From contig BCIN01000011.1 of NCBI GenBank assembly GCA_039545335.1, positions 186,001-250,000 on the forward strand: 64,000 bases of DNA, read 5' to 3'. This DNA comes from Kondoa subrosea. Taxonomy: Eukaryota. Below, one piece after another: positions 12,436 through 25,730 of this stretch (position 1 is the first letter of the stretch; each line of letters begins with the position of its first letter). Made by a program: the position numbers and the translations under genes. The notes below the pieces were generated by a model. The model saw only the letters and a list, made by a program, of their open reading frames with translations. It made no database searches and was not told the DNA's origin.

Positions 12436-15400
12436 ATGGATCAAGCTGCAACTCAGGAGCCCGTTATCTGTTATTGGCAGGTCAGGCCACATGCCGTTCA
12501 TATTTGGCTATCAGTAGCTGACCGTAGAATGTGTATTAGGACTGCAACCTTCACTTCAGCTCTGCCGAGGATCTGTATGAACACTTATGCACCAATCACG
12601 TTGGTCGCAAGTCTACAGGCAATCTCTGCTTGACTTGTCACTGGAAGAACTGCAACACCAAGTGTGCTAAGCGAGGTGTGTATTTCTAGCATATCTATTT
12701 GGAGAAGACCGCTGAGGCCTAGAGTCTATAGATCATATCAGTGAGCGGATAGCCTCCTACACGTCTCATGTTTGTTAATCAACTGTATAAAGCCTCTCAT
12801 CTTCGAGGTAAGTTCTGGCGGGTTTCGCGCAAAGAATCGAGCTCATCAATTTACCAATCTGTAGTCCACACTCCCTTGAAACCACATACTTGTGATGTAA
12901 GCATCCCTTCTTTTCATCTCTGTTGCAATTCTTCTTCTCTGGTCGGCTCTCGTCGTATATTACTTTACTGCGCATCGCTTGTGCAAATTTCCATTTCCGA
13001 TCAGCTTTCTGTGGCTGCGTTGCTTCTCGTGCTAGACGACAAACATCAGACCATGCACGTTCTATGCATCTTGATCTCCTCCGTGTGCTACGCTTGGTCA
13101 TGCTTCGACCTCAAAAACATCCCACTTGGCGTTCCTTGGCAAAAAATCTCGGATAATTTGTGAAAGATGCTAAATTTGCTCAATCACAGATCTGTCAAAA
13201 GTCTTTCAAGCGTCCTCAAGATCTCAAGAAGCATGAGAAGATTCACACTGAAGAGCATCACGCAAAACACGCTTACTCTAAAGCTGTGACTGTTCCTCAA
13301 GGCACTGTTGCTCCAGTTCAACCAAAGACATCACGCAAGACTAACAAGCCAAGTACATCTAGTGCTTCCAAGACAAATGCTAACAATAACAGCACAAGCG
13401 CTCCACCCAATTATGGCAACCTCGATCCTTCTGCCGCTAACGCTATTCTTGCTTTCCACCAAGCTCAGCAACTTACTTTAGCAAACATTGTCGCTCAGCA
13501 GCAACAGTTGAACATGGCTCATGCATCTCAGCTCATGGGTATGCCTGCGCCATACTCTGCTGAAGCTGCTGCCTTGGCGAATGCTGCGCATGCTTCAATT
13601 ATGGCTGGTCAGGCTCCTTCGATTGCGCTCGCCGGAATGTACGGCGGCATGCCCAATATAAATACATATTCAAACAATCAATACGGTCAGCAGCAAGCTC
13701 AACAACCTCAGCAGACCCAAGCCAGATCACCCCAAGATCAAAATCTTCTGCAACCTTTGCAAAACTCGACCAACAATGGCTTCCAAGGCTTGTATCCTAC
13801 TTTGCCTGTATCTCCTATACCCTCAGCTCCATCTGCACAATCTCCTGAATCTAGCGCTTCTTCAGTCCATTCTTACTATTCACCGAACAGAACAAGCTTT
13901 AGTAGTCAAGATGGAAGTCCTCAGAACATCCTTGGGTCACCACCTTTCGGTACTCGTTCTCCGGATAATAACAATTTCATGATTAAGAAGCATTCGCCCT
14001 CTGAACATAGTTATCATTCTGGATCCTCCAGACGTTCAGCTGAACCTGCAAGTGGTGGGCGACGTAAGAGACCTTTGGAAGATGAAGTGCTGGAGATTAT
14101 GGGAGATTTCAAGCGCGGAAAATTGTCAGATTTGGACGACGGTTAGTCTTCCATGAGTGGTCAGACGATGGGAGCTGATAATAAACATGATGTAGCTGGC
14201 CGTCGTCTTGATGAGTTGTCACAGAGCTTACTCATCGACGATCTCATCGCACCCGCTCTGACGCCCTCAGGCTCAAAGTCTTCCAACTCACCTGAAGAAG
14301 AACCAGCTTTCTCTCCTCTTCCATACAGCGCTCTGGATTCTTTCCCGATCACTGCACCTCAAGAGGCTATCACTAAGTCCGATGTTGATCTATTCAACGA
14401 CTATTTGCTTCAGCTTGGCCAATCATATGAAACTGGTTTGACAGATGTCGAGACAAACTGGCTTTCATCGAGCAATCAGCCCCAGCCAAAGCCTAAAGTC
14501 GCTGAAACTGCAACTCCAGCATACCAGAATTTCTCCGGCACTAGACAAAACTCATTCAACTTCAACTCGAATCCTGTTGCGCCTGTGGCTGGTTCAGCTT
14601 CTAGCTTATATCCTTCACTTCAGTCTTTGAGCGGAATGACTTCAGCATACGACACCACTTCTGTCAAGGTACCAGTCCAGATGCCGAACTACAATAGTCA
14701 ATTCGGCAACACCCTGGCCTATCCTTCTTTCAATAGCAGCAATAATTACGCTCTGCCAGACATGTCTTCCTACAACAGCTTCAACTCCAGACCTCTTCCT
14801 CCACCTCAAATCTCTTCGAATTATCCTCGCGAAAATACTTATCACCATACCAATCTTCTTATGGCTGCGCCACCATCACTCAAGAAAGAAGACGCGCAAG
14901 AAGGAGAAGTTCGTCGCCCTGAGCGCACAAGATCAACCTCTTCTATACGATCAACAGCGAGTGATGATACTGAAGAATCCCTTATTCTGCCACCTATCAA
15001 TCGCTTGTCGACCGATGAGCGCTCAAGTCGAATTTTGCCTTCCTTGGCTTCCATCCTTTGTGCTGAAGTTGATACTCCTACTTCTCTGGCTCGCGAAGTT
15101 GACGGAATGGAATTGCATTCAGCAGCTGGTTCACCTCAACCAGATCGACCGATCACTGCTTCTTCCTCTTCAGCATCTATCTCGGTTCTAGGCAGACGCT
15201 GCGCTTCACCAGCAGCCAAGAGCGAAGCAGATTCAGATGAAAGAACTATCAGAGAAGATAGCAGCGATGATGAAGATAAATCACCTTTACCTCATAAGAA
15301 GACCAGAATGACACCTCAGAATGAAATTGATGCAGATGTTTTGGCAAGAAGACTTCAAGCTATTAAGATGTTGGCTGTTTTGTCAAACCATGTTTATCGT

Positions 15401-15484
15401 ATGAGCCTTTCTTCTGGCGCTGCCCAAGAATCTCGACCACCTGTACAAGAGATGTACCCTAGCCGAATGGTAGCAGAAGTATAA
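12436..15484 (+). CDS. pacC: pH-responsive C2H2 zinc-finger transcription factor PacC/Rim101
   Basis: Spliced fingers [33 protein letters not shown]...[40 protein letters not shown]; YPxL motifs (LYPTL, LYPSL). Confidence 0.96.
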
Positions 15485-15958
15485 GACGGGAGATTGGGAT
15501 AGTGAGAGAAAATGATGTGAACAGTTTTTGTTTTTTTCGGAAATGCTCGTTTTTTGTGTATGTTGCTGCCAGCACTTGTATAGATGGTATTGAATAGGTG
15601 CTCAAATTGAAGTATAGCATGTGCAATGTTCGTTTGGTTTTTATGCGCCCTAGATCTTTATTGGTTTTGTTGGTTGGACTGTGCCGTTTTGGTTATATGC
15701 ATACGATTCGGAAGAAGGAGTCACCTCACATGAGGCGAGCATACCATGCGATGATCAATAGTAAGTCATAGATGGTAAAGAACCTGGAATTTCATCGGAC
15801 AGATGAGAAAGAGAATCAGAACTTGAAAACTTGCAAAGATGTATGAAGTGATAGGAAAAGGCGTCATTTTAAAGCTTTAGCAGAGCGAATAAGACAGCGC
15901 GAAAGTCAAGAAGCTACCGGCAAACCACCGGGCAGAGTCGAAAGCCAACAGAATACAA

Positions 15959-17054
15959 TTACAATTGCGAACTCTTCCTCGCACTTCTCATATACGGCCG
16001 TAACACCTGTAAGACAGACAGATCAGCTGGAAGTAGACACGAACGTGAATGGACGCACCCATTCTACATCCGCTTCTGTCTGTTCTATCGTTCCTTGCTT
16101 GATCTCATACGCTGCAGGAAGATTAGTCAGTCAAAGCGATGCTAAAACTACAATTTGACGCACGCCTCATCTCGAATCTCGGCCCTACTTCTGCCAATTG
16201 CACATCTTTGTACGTTGTCTTGACATAAACATGATGCCTGAAGGAAATGAAATCTTTCTCGTTGCTGAAAGTCATTACTCTTTTGCTTTCCTTTTTCGGT
16301 ACAGGGAATAAAAACTTGAGGATTTTCGATATTCGATCACCCAATTTTGAAGAAAAGTCATCGAATATAAGATGAGGGTATTGTTCGCTGACTGTTGAAG
16401 TAGACATATTTGGTGTTTCATGCCGGAGTACTACGTTGTGAAGAGTGAAGAGACATGTTGGACCATGTGGGAAATGAGAGACGACCATTGCATCTGGTAC
16501 ACCTCGATGTTCGTGTAGAACCACAAGATCGGTCATGTTGTTCGTTCGACATGCTTCTGCTAGATCTTTCATAACATAATTACCACGATTGATGCGATGT
16601 GAGTTTGGGAAGACCAAGCGCATTTCCTACAATGCAAATTCAATCTAGTCGGCATTTCGACAAGAAGTGAAGGACTCTCACCTTTGCAAATTGCTGAAGC
16701 CTACTACTCGGATCTCTTGATGTAGTAATGAGAATCTTTGGATCCGCTACACCAGCTTGACCATATTCATCATCGTAGTCAAATCCAGTCTCTGCAATCC
16801 CAAGAAAATCACATCAAGACATCTTACGCTGGCGGTATCTGTGGATGCGCACCTGTCTCTTCGCCCTGTTTCGCTTGAGGCTGTTTCCCTTTGGCCAAGG
16901 CATACTTTGCTCGCTCTTTTCGATCATGAATCCCTTTTTCTTTCGCTTCCAAAGCTTTCTTGTACAAAAACTCTCTTCGCTGTCTCGTCTGTCGTCGAAG
17001 CTGATACACTGGCTTAGCAAGGAGCTTAGTAGAGCAGAGGAAGCAGCTCACCAT
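15959..17054 (-). CDS. IMP4: U3 snoRNP Brix-domain protein Imp4
   Basis: [60 protein letters not shown]. First coding exon is the ATG alone (17052-17054). Confidence 0.95.
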
Positions 17055-17301
17055 TCTTGTGATTGTTGGCAAAAGAAAGCAAACTGAATTGTAACCTCAA
17101 TTCATCTGTTGAGTGATTGGCTCGATATCATTGTGAGAAAGTATGCTCATTGGAATCTGATTCGCTCTAGCTCTCTAACGATATACAGCTTGCTAGTCAT
17201 CGGACATTTCTTCAGTAGAAACGCGATACCTTATACGCATCATTCGGGCGTCCAACACTGGTCTTCAAGAAGTCTCACAAGTGAAATTCAAGCTTCACAA
17301 G

Positions 17302-18405
17302 ATGCTTCGTTCCCTGCCAAGATCGACAACCGCATGTGTCCGATGCCTGTCTACAGCTAATCTTTCTCCCGCTGCAATCGACGGGAAGCAAAGGCTACGA
17401 CGTGCAATGCTTTACGGTATGTGTAGTGATCTCTTACCGTCTGCGATTCTGAAACTCAAATCACCGATAGTCCCTGGTTCTGACGAACGAAAGCTCAAGA
17501 AAGCTATAGCCAACTCATCGGTCGATTCCCTTTGCTTTGATCTGGAGGATAGTGTTACTGCTGCTCAGAAACCTGGCGCTCGGAGTATGGTCTTCAAGTA
17601 ATTTTATCTCATCAAGTCTGCTATGAGATTGAACTAAGAATCGGGCAATAGTGCACTTGAAGCAGCTCAAGATCTTTCAGCAGAACGCTGTGTTCGAGTC
17701 AATTCTCTTCGCACACCATTCTTTTCTGAAGACATTACTCAAATTCTCAAATCGCCTTTCCTTCAAACCATAGTCATGCCAAAAATTGAATCAGCTCAAG
17801 ATGTGCAATACGTTTCTTCTCTTATCGATAAACATGCAGTGGCTCCAAATGTGGGGATCATAGCTTCTCTCGAATCAGCTAAAGCTATTCTTTTCGCAAA
17901 AGAAATAGCTTCTTCTTCTTCTTCAGATCGATTATCAGCTCTTTTATTCGCTGCAGAAGATTATTGCGCCAATATTGGAATTCAACGTACTGTTTCTCGA
18001 AACGAACTTTATTTCGCAAGAAGTATGACAGTACATGCTGCCAAAGCTTTCAATCTTCAAGCAATCGATTTAGTTTGTGTAGCTTTTAAAGATTTAGCTA
18101 TTTTAGCAGAAGAAGCCGAAGAAGGTTTACGACTAGGTTTTGATGGAAAACAAGCTATTCATCCAAATCAAGTTGACACTATTCAAAGTGGTTTCAGTCC
18201 ATCTGAATCGGAAATCAAAAGAGCTGTAGCTATATTAGAACAGAATAACGAAGCAGTGCAAAAGGGGAAAGGAGCTTTCGGTCTAGCAGGAGATGATGGA
18301 ACTGCTTATATGATTGATGCGCCAATGTTATTGCAAGCAAGAAGAACCATCATGAAAGCACAAGCATCTGGAAGAGATGTAGCATGGACAGGAGAGCCTC
18401 TATAA
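17302..18405 (+). CDS. Citrate lyase beta-like (CitE/CLYBL, HpcH/HpaI aldolase family), likely mitochondrial
   Basis: RRAMLY|VPG, FDLEDSV, MPKIES, FAAEDY, GFDGKQAIHPNQV, MIDAPM; presequence-like N-terminus. Confidence 0.9.
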
Positions 18406-20682
18406 TGGATTCGATTCGGAAGAAAAAGAGTGGTAGGGTGAGGAGATCTTGCCTTGCTTAGCGAGTCGGCAAATGTTTGGGTCTGGGCAACGTCGCCTTG
18501 CCCGGGGAATTACTTCAGACCGTTTCCACGGTAAGACGGCCATCGTTTCCAGTGTATACAGTCGGTCATCCAATGCTGCTCTGAAGCATCGCTGATCCTC
18601 TTTCAGAGATTCTACAAATGTCGTGGTGTAGCAGTATGGCCCGGGTCGATCGCGAAAGCGATACGTCAAGCATTGCAGAAGACGAGGCTTCATTAGTCGG
18701 AACGCTCTGGAACGCTCGACCTGATAAAGGACTCGATGGGTATGGCCACAGCACGTATCAACAGTGCACCCTAGCGAGACGAATCCTTCTTTCCTGTGGT
18801 TCCCCTAAATTAAGAGTTGAGCTTGTCTGCTTCATCACTGCGTTGTACCTTGAACGTCTTCTTCGATTTCATTGAAGAGCAAGAGTCAAACTTCGGGAGT
18901 ATGGCGAAAAGGAGACAAATTTGTATAATGCGGTGGCTTTCTCCTTGCAAGCTCACGTCATGTTTTATGTACAAACACCTTTTTGTGTTCCCTTCGCTTT
19001 CAGTTTGCTCTAGTCTTTACTCCTCAGAATCGGTATCAGGACCAGTGCTAATAAAACTCTTTAGTCGCGATCGAAGACATCGGTTAGTGGACATACGAGA
19101 CGCCTGTGTATTCCGCACTCTTGCGATCCATTTTCGGAAGCATGACTAGAATCCAATTGGGATCGTACCATTCCCTCTCACAGATCTCTTCCATTTTCTC
19201 ATCGATATTTTCGTCCTCGGGATCGACAACAGCGTATCGTTGATCTAATTCAATCTCTTGATCCCGCGATGCAAATCGGAAGTTCAAAGCCAGATCAATC
19301 ATGCCTTGTCGTTTGTCAGGCAAGGCAGGGGAATTGAAGATTTTCGGATCGAAATGTACGTTAGCATAAGATGGTATTGAAGAGAAGCTTGCGGCGCCAG
19401 TATGTCCAATAACGCAATGCAGACCGTCAATTGCTCCCTCGACAAGATCTTCATAGTCGCCTTCCGAACCCTGCACGTTTCCTAGCTCGTGGGCATGAAG
19501 AAAGGAATTGATAGCTCTGAAGTCCTGTACATAGCTGAGTTCAGTATACTGTTATAGCAGCAAACGATTGCCTACTAGTGAACAATTGTACTTTGTAGTC
19601 AGCTCACGGCCTGAAGAGCCATGGCACAAAGTCTCAATGATGACAAAACGATCTTTAGGACAAGTTGGGCAGTCATCAAATCTTGCGAGAGCGGCTGCAG
19701 CTTTGTAATCTCTGTAAGGCTGAGATTGACGGAACTCGTGGTGTTTCAAGCGAAAGTATTGCTCGTTCATCTTGTTGGAATGATTGAAGGTAACTTCATT
19801 ATCTTCTTCGACAACAAACCAAGTATTTTCCAATCGCTTTAGTTCTTGTTCAATTCGAGCTAGATTGGATTTGTTGAAATCGCTAGGCGTCTTGACAACT
19901 TCGGCTGCAGCAGTGTGGTGAGCGGTACGACAGCAAGCGAGATCGATTTCGAGTGCTGCTTGCTTCTGGCGCAGAAGTTGCTCGGCTTTGAATAATTCTG
20001 ATACCTGCATGCGAGATCATAATGATCTTAGCAATCAAATGGGCAGTCCTCTTACCATGAAATCATTGTACAAAGCCTCCAGTTCTTCAGGCATATCCTA
20101 TATAGGTACCAGATGAGCAGACTGGCCATCAAATCGACAAAGGACTTACCTGGCCTGGCTTCTCCAAGAACTCGCAACGACAAGCTGACAAAATGGATTT
20201 GATACATATAGGAAGTCAGAATTTGAAGCATACCAGGCAGAAGAGGAACTCGATTGTTGACTTCTTCAAAGATCAGATCCATAGCGTCTTTCGCGATGAA
20301 TTCGAGAATCTCAGCTGGCAAACTGGCAAGGTTTGCTCCTCGAGTCGTGCATTGGAGAGTATTGTTCCATTTGCGTTTCTGAAAGCAGCTCAGAGCTCGT
20401 CAGTGTCATCAAGAGATTTCCTTTGCACTACTTACTCGAATCATGCGCAAAGCCTTGATAGTCTGCCATGCGAAAGCAGCCTGTGCGAGCATTTTCCTTT
20501 ACTTCGTATCTGGATGAGACATTCGGAACTCAGTCTTACCTGCAGAAGCGACTTGAATTGAACTTGATAGCCAAAGAGGAAGGCAGCTGATGGACGCGGC
20601 GCAATGCATCAGTCACGTCCTCATATCGTGCGGTAGGATACTCACCTTGGGTAGACGACATGATAGTGGACCAGAGGAGGCT
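18400..20682 (-). CDS. Hypothetical protein with F-box-like motif and coiled coil (multi-exon; boundaries uncertain)
   Basis: Co-oriented ORFs 20536-20718, 20052-20321, 19552-20010 and 19084-19476. LASLPAEILEFIA at ~20290-20335 resembles an F-box start. Confidence 0.4.
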
Positions 20683-21002
20683 AGAGCTGCAGAAGCAGGA
20701 AAATGCAAAAGTAAACATGACATCTATGACGGTGATGTCTAACGCGAATAGCTACCTTGCAGCAACAGGGACTGCACTTGCGCTGTACTTGACTTTGAGG
20801 ATTGACGAAGTAAATGTAGACAGATGTTCGTGATTAGAAGAAAGAAGTGCTTCGTGAAGACTTTGGCGGATATAAGTGGCCAGGCAGCAGATTGGGCCAT
20901 TAGCGAGGGGAACAGAGCTATTCGTTACAATCAATTGTCAGGGTATAACAAATGCATAGATCACATGTATTTTATTGTACATCCACATTGACTTGTTTGC
21001 TG

Positions 21003-22905
21003 CTAAGAAGTTCCAGATAGCAGAGCTTGACTCTCTTCATCCGCTTTTTGCCTCTCTTTCAGCGCTTGCGCATTTCTTTCAGCAGCATGTCTTGCTTCTT
21101 TTGCCCAGTCCGTAATTAACACATGGCGAGTGAGAAGGAGAGCATTAATACTTAGCCCGACTGACATGCCCAACCACAGACCGTTAAGCCCGAGCTGAAG
21201 ATATCCGAAAGTGAACCACAAGCCAAGAGGAATACCTAAGAGATAATATGACATGACATTGTCTAATGAATCACAACTTGTCAGATTGCGTCGGAAGCAA
21301 CAGGTATTCTGGTACTTACAGACTGCTCCTCCTTCACTTCTGCCTATACCAAAGAGCAAACCAGCTGAGATAGTCTTGAAAGCATCGACAAATTGATAAG
21401 AGCAGATCTGACAAACAATCAGCCTTGATCGCTTGCTCTTGTACCGATCAAAGCCTACAATGGGAATAACGGCATTGCAAGCTTCTATGACATCCATGTC
21501 CCGTGTGAAGAATGGGGCAATATTATCACCAACGAGAAATATACCAATTGCGCAAACAGCTGCAAGAATGACAGCCATGGCAAGGGTGACTTTTGTACTG
21601 ATTTCCGCCTTCAGTGTATCTGTCAAGAGATGAGTCTTGTTGGCAACCATGATGTAGAAGGGAGATCTACCTCCTGAACCTAGCAGATGTCCTACTCGGA
21701 TGGCGCCAGCTGCTCCACAAGCTTGATAAGGGCGATAGAAGAATGTCGTAACAGTGGATAAAACAGATTGAGCTGCTAAAGCCGTCGGACCAAGAAGAGA
21801 AGCAGCAAAACCAATGATCTCAAACTGGCAAAATCGGTCAACACCTATTTTCTTCTGTTATCATGGAAGCGTACTGCGATCCTATTGCATATGATAAGGA
21901 TCAGTCTTTTCGTTTGACCAGGAAAATACTCACCATTCTGAACTATCCAAAACGAAACCAGCCAAGCCCAATCTACAGACTGGACCCCAGGTGCTAGGCA
22001 AGAACGCAGCCTTCTTAAATCCGCACCACCCTCTCCTGGAAACAAAGAAATAGCAATAGGCCAGATAGAGAAGTGCCATTAGATTGACTGAAATTGAATT
22101 TGCTAGAGGTGCTCCAGCGAACCCAAGACCATATCGATCCGACCAAACGAATATGTAATTGAGGAGTATATTGACGGGACAGATAAATGCTAGGATATAG
22201 GTTGGTACCAGAACAAGACCTTGATTTTGAAGCCTGTAACGCCGAATTAGTCATAAAAGCTAGACTAGATCACGATGCGTACCATTTCCTTGACACCTCA
22301 AGAAAGACATATGCTGGAATACTCGAGCACATCACTTGAAGGTACTGACCACCCAAAGCTGCAATACCGACTTCTTGTTTGAGGAAGAGAAAGAGAGCAT
22401 CGCCGTTCCATATTAGAATCACTGGGACTATAAGAGCGCAGACAGATACAAGAGCCGCTCTCATTGCATGTAGAGACATCAATTCGGGATGTGAACTCGT
22501 CCATGCTTGCGAGCAAAGTGTGTCGAGCGAAAAAGCTGCACAAAATATCATCAACCCTTGCCATGAGTAGTCAGACCGCACATACCGATGCCAGATATCA
22601 CAGACAGAATCAGGATGTTGAAAGTGAGTATGCCTACGAGCTTGAGTCAGCTCCCTTTCGCATTATCTAGCTGGAATCAACCGACCGAGACCCGCCGCAG
22701 ACAGTTCATACTTTCCCAGATGACCCGTCGATACTATTGTGCTGACAGGAATGGAAGAGTTCAGGACGGAAGAGAAGAAGATCGGAGTTGCATAACGAAG
22801 CAGTATCCAAAACTCATGCCAGGCCACCTTTGACTTAGAGGAAGTAGAAGCAAACCCAGAACCTTCATCAGGCTTCAATAGAGCTTCTCGTTCCGAAGCT
22901 GACAT
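21003..22905 (-). CDS. MATE-family multidrug/toxin efflux transporter
   Basis: GHLGKYELSAAGLG, SLDTLCSQAWTS, GLGFAGAPLA, SEWIAFEII, LAAQSV, YYLLGIPLG, GLNGLWLG, TDWAKEA. Confidence 0.93.
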
Positions 22906-23253
22906 TGCTAGATAACTCCGAAGAATCGCAATGCTTTTTTGTTTCCTGTAATGTGTTTCGTTTCGTATCGTCCAAGCGAGCGACTTGAGCTCTTCAGGAA
23001 ACAGAGATAAGCCTCGCAGCCAAGGACTGGCCAGAGCGGAGAAGGAGCCCTTTGTGCGTTTTTAACAAGGTCAAGAAAATGTCAGAAGTCATCACCAAAT
23101 CGATAGCCACTATGTCTAGCTCTCCGGTCATTGTCAAAGTGATGTTCAGTGGGTCATGAACGACTGGCAGCAGTCTGCCGTGTTTTCGTAAAGCGGCTTC
23201 TGCACATCATGTGAATGTACCATAATAATACAGAGAAGCGGCAATCGATGAAA

Positions 23254-25514
23254 TCAATGAATCCCTTGCTTAAAGTATTCCATCACTTCCTGGTAATCAT
23301 GTTTGATCAGTTCTATATGTTTTTGTGACCGCGGCGAAATATCGAGCTTGAAAGGTTTCGGCTCGCTCTGCAGGAAAGCCTTCAGATAAGGCCCGCGTAT
23401 GAACAAGAAACGTACATCAAAGCCATCCGTGAATACTTCATGACCCGTCGGTATCTGCGGATCATGTTTGATGTTGAAACCCCATAACAATCTTGCGATG
23501 ATCAAGTTCACATTCTGAAAACCCACTGTGAAGACAGACTTCAGTAATTGCTGCGAATTATCTTGTGAGTAAGTCTCACAATGTATCCCAGGGCAAATTC
23601 TGGATTCAGAGATCAGTATTATTACATTTTTCGCTCACAAATTAGTAACTCACCTTCTTCCCCAGCCGAAATTCGCATGGCCAAAATTTCCGGGGAAGTT
23701 CTTCATTCTTTCAGCATCGAGGAAGCGCTCAGGCAAGAAATTATCGTGATCCGGGTAATCGGCCTCGTTCGAATGACTAGAAGAGAATGAGAGGGTTGCA
23801 CAAAGGTTTTGGGGCTCCTCACATTGAGTACAAGCTGCCACAGACAGTTGAGCCTGCCAAAGAGTAAATTAGGGCAACATTTTGCAGCGAGAAAAAGACT
23901 TGCCTTTCGGGATTAGATATCCGCGATAGTAGTCCGTTTGTGTACTCTTATGCGGCGTTCCGCCAAGTATGGCTATCGATCTCCACTGCAATAGCAGTCT
24001 TGAGTGTCCAGCTCTTTTTCGCCAAGGGAATGGACATACCCGCATTGTTTCATGCATTATTGCATTTGTGTATGGCAGATCTTTGAGATCATCGAAAGTA
24101 GGCATTCGATCTTGACCGCACAGAGCATCAATCTCAGCTCTGCACAACATTCAATTGCTCGTTTTGAGGGTGACTAATAGCGACTTACTGAGCTTTCGGA
24201 ATGAATTGGGGTCCATACTTTACAGCAGCGAGTAAGAAAGAAGCCAGAGTTCCACTTGATGTTTCCTACGAAAGGATGAGAGGAATTCAGCTTAAGCAGG
24301 ATATAAGACGTACAACTCCAGCATCGAAGGGCGTAGCAGCGGCATAAGCAAGCTCAATATCCGACATTCCCAAAGACTCTTGATTCCTGATCATGTCTAC
24401 AGCGAAGCATGGTGGAGCTGTGCCTTCTTTGATCTGTTTGCGTAATATGTTGATTTCTCGGAAATAAAACTCTTCATCTTTCTTTTGCTGTTCTAGAGCT
24501 GGCTTCTTCCATGTTGCAATGAAGCTCGGTATGTACTTGAGGAAAGGGAAGGTTTCAACAGCGTAAAGACCGGGTATGTTGACTTTGTTCAGCATGCCCA
24601 TTGCTGTGGTATTGCCAATGACTACTGGATCATTGTGGTAATCGGTTACTCTCTTTCCATAAGTAAGTGTTACGACGACGGAGGCTGCATATCGTTCTAG
24701 ATGTGTTCTGAAGCCATTTGGATCGACAAGCATGTCATGCATGAAAACTTTGCTCTCGTTGATTTGTATCGGTTGATACTTGATGACAGCTTTCTGCATA
24801 AATCCACCATGCAGCAGTTTCCTCCAGCGACGCCAGACATCAGTGTTGGATAGCATTAGACCTCGCAAATTGGCGCTTAGTAGCTCACTGCATGATACAT
24901 CAGATTATGTCTTGTCCCGAACGAGGCCAAAAGCTTACGAGCCCATTATGAATCTTGGTCGAGCACTATAGATACTGCCTCTCTTCTCTAACAGATCGTA
25001 TGCAGCTTGTGCACTTCCCAAAACTATGTAAGGCGTCTGACCCATTCTATCGGTTTGAGGTCAGGGAGAAGCGGGGCAGGATTGCAAGTCCACAACAACG
25101 CACTGTAGATAGACTATATCTCCATAAGAATCATGCAGCTCCTTGAACCAGACCTATCCAAGAGCCATGAGTTTCCTTCGACAAGGCACGTTTGATCAGG
25201 AGAGGCTACCCAAGGTTTGGTCTTAGGCCCTTGACTTGCATTTCCAGTGAACAGTGATCCTTTCGCTAGTAATGCCCAGCATGAGCACGCCTGTGGAAAT
25301 GGGCGAAGGGAATTGACACACGACCAGGTGGAACGCCTTTGGGTCGAAGATTGAGCTATAAAGCATGACGCGACTTGAGCCCGAGCATCGATGCACATAG
25401 TAAAGAGCACACAGGAAATAGAATAGGCAGAACGGAAGCCAAAACCAAAAGAATCGCAGCTACAACAGCTTGCCATGGTTCGAGCGAGTAATCTGATAAC
25501 CGAAAGCTATCCAT
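23254..25514 (-). CDS. Cytochrome P450 (CYP64-like clan), multi-exon
   Basis: N-terminal membrane anchor and PPGP, K-helix ETMR, PERF (FLPERFL), heme signature FGWGRR|ICPGIH assembled across exons. Confidence 0.93.
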
Positions 25515-25730
25515 GATACCAAGAAAAGCAGGTGCTATATCAGAATGACAGGCCTGCTGATGCTTGGATACCGCTTGACGAGAAGACTACGGGATGCATC
25601 CTTGATCGCATAGGCAAAACAATTCTAGATGACTATCTGTGGAGAGCAGGGCTCTTGCGAGGAGGTCGTAGTCTCACGATTAACTTCATCTTGAGCAACG
25701 TTGCTGGACTAGTCGCAGGAACAAGAAAGG

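Noticed and set aside
15485..15958. T-rich then A-rich stretch between pacC and IMP4, considered as ncRNA or repeat
   Set aside because: Consistent with convergent 3'UTRs and terminators; no recognisable RNA motif.
15959..15970. Imp4 ends in -SQL, which resembles a PTS1
   Set aside because: Imp4 is a nucleolar protein and this is a weak variant; most likely chance.
23019..23024. Single GCCAAG upstream of the MATE gene
   Set aside because: An isolated hexamer is expected by chance at this window size.
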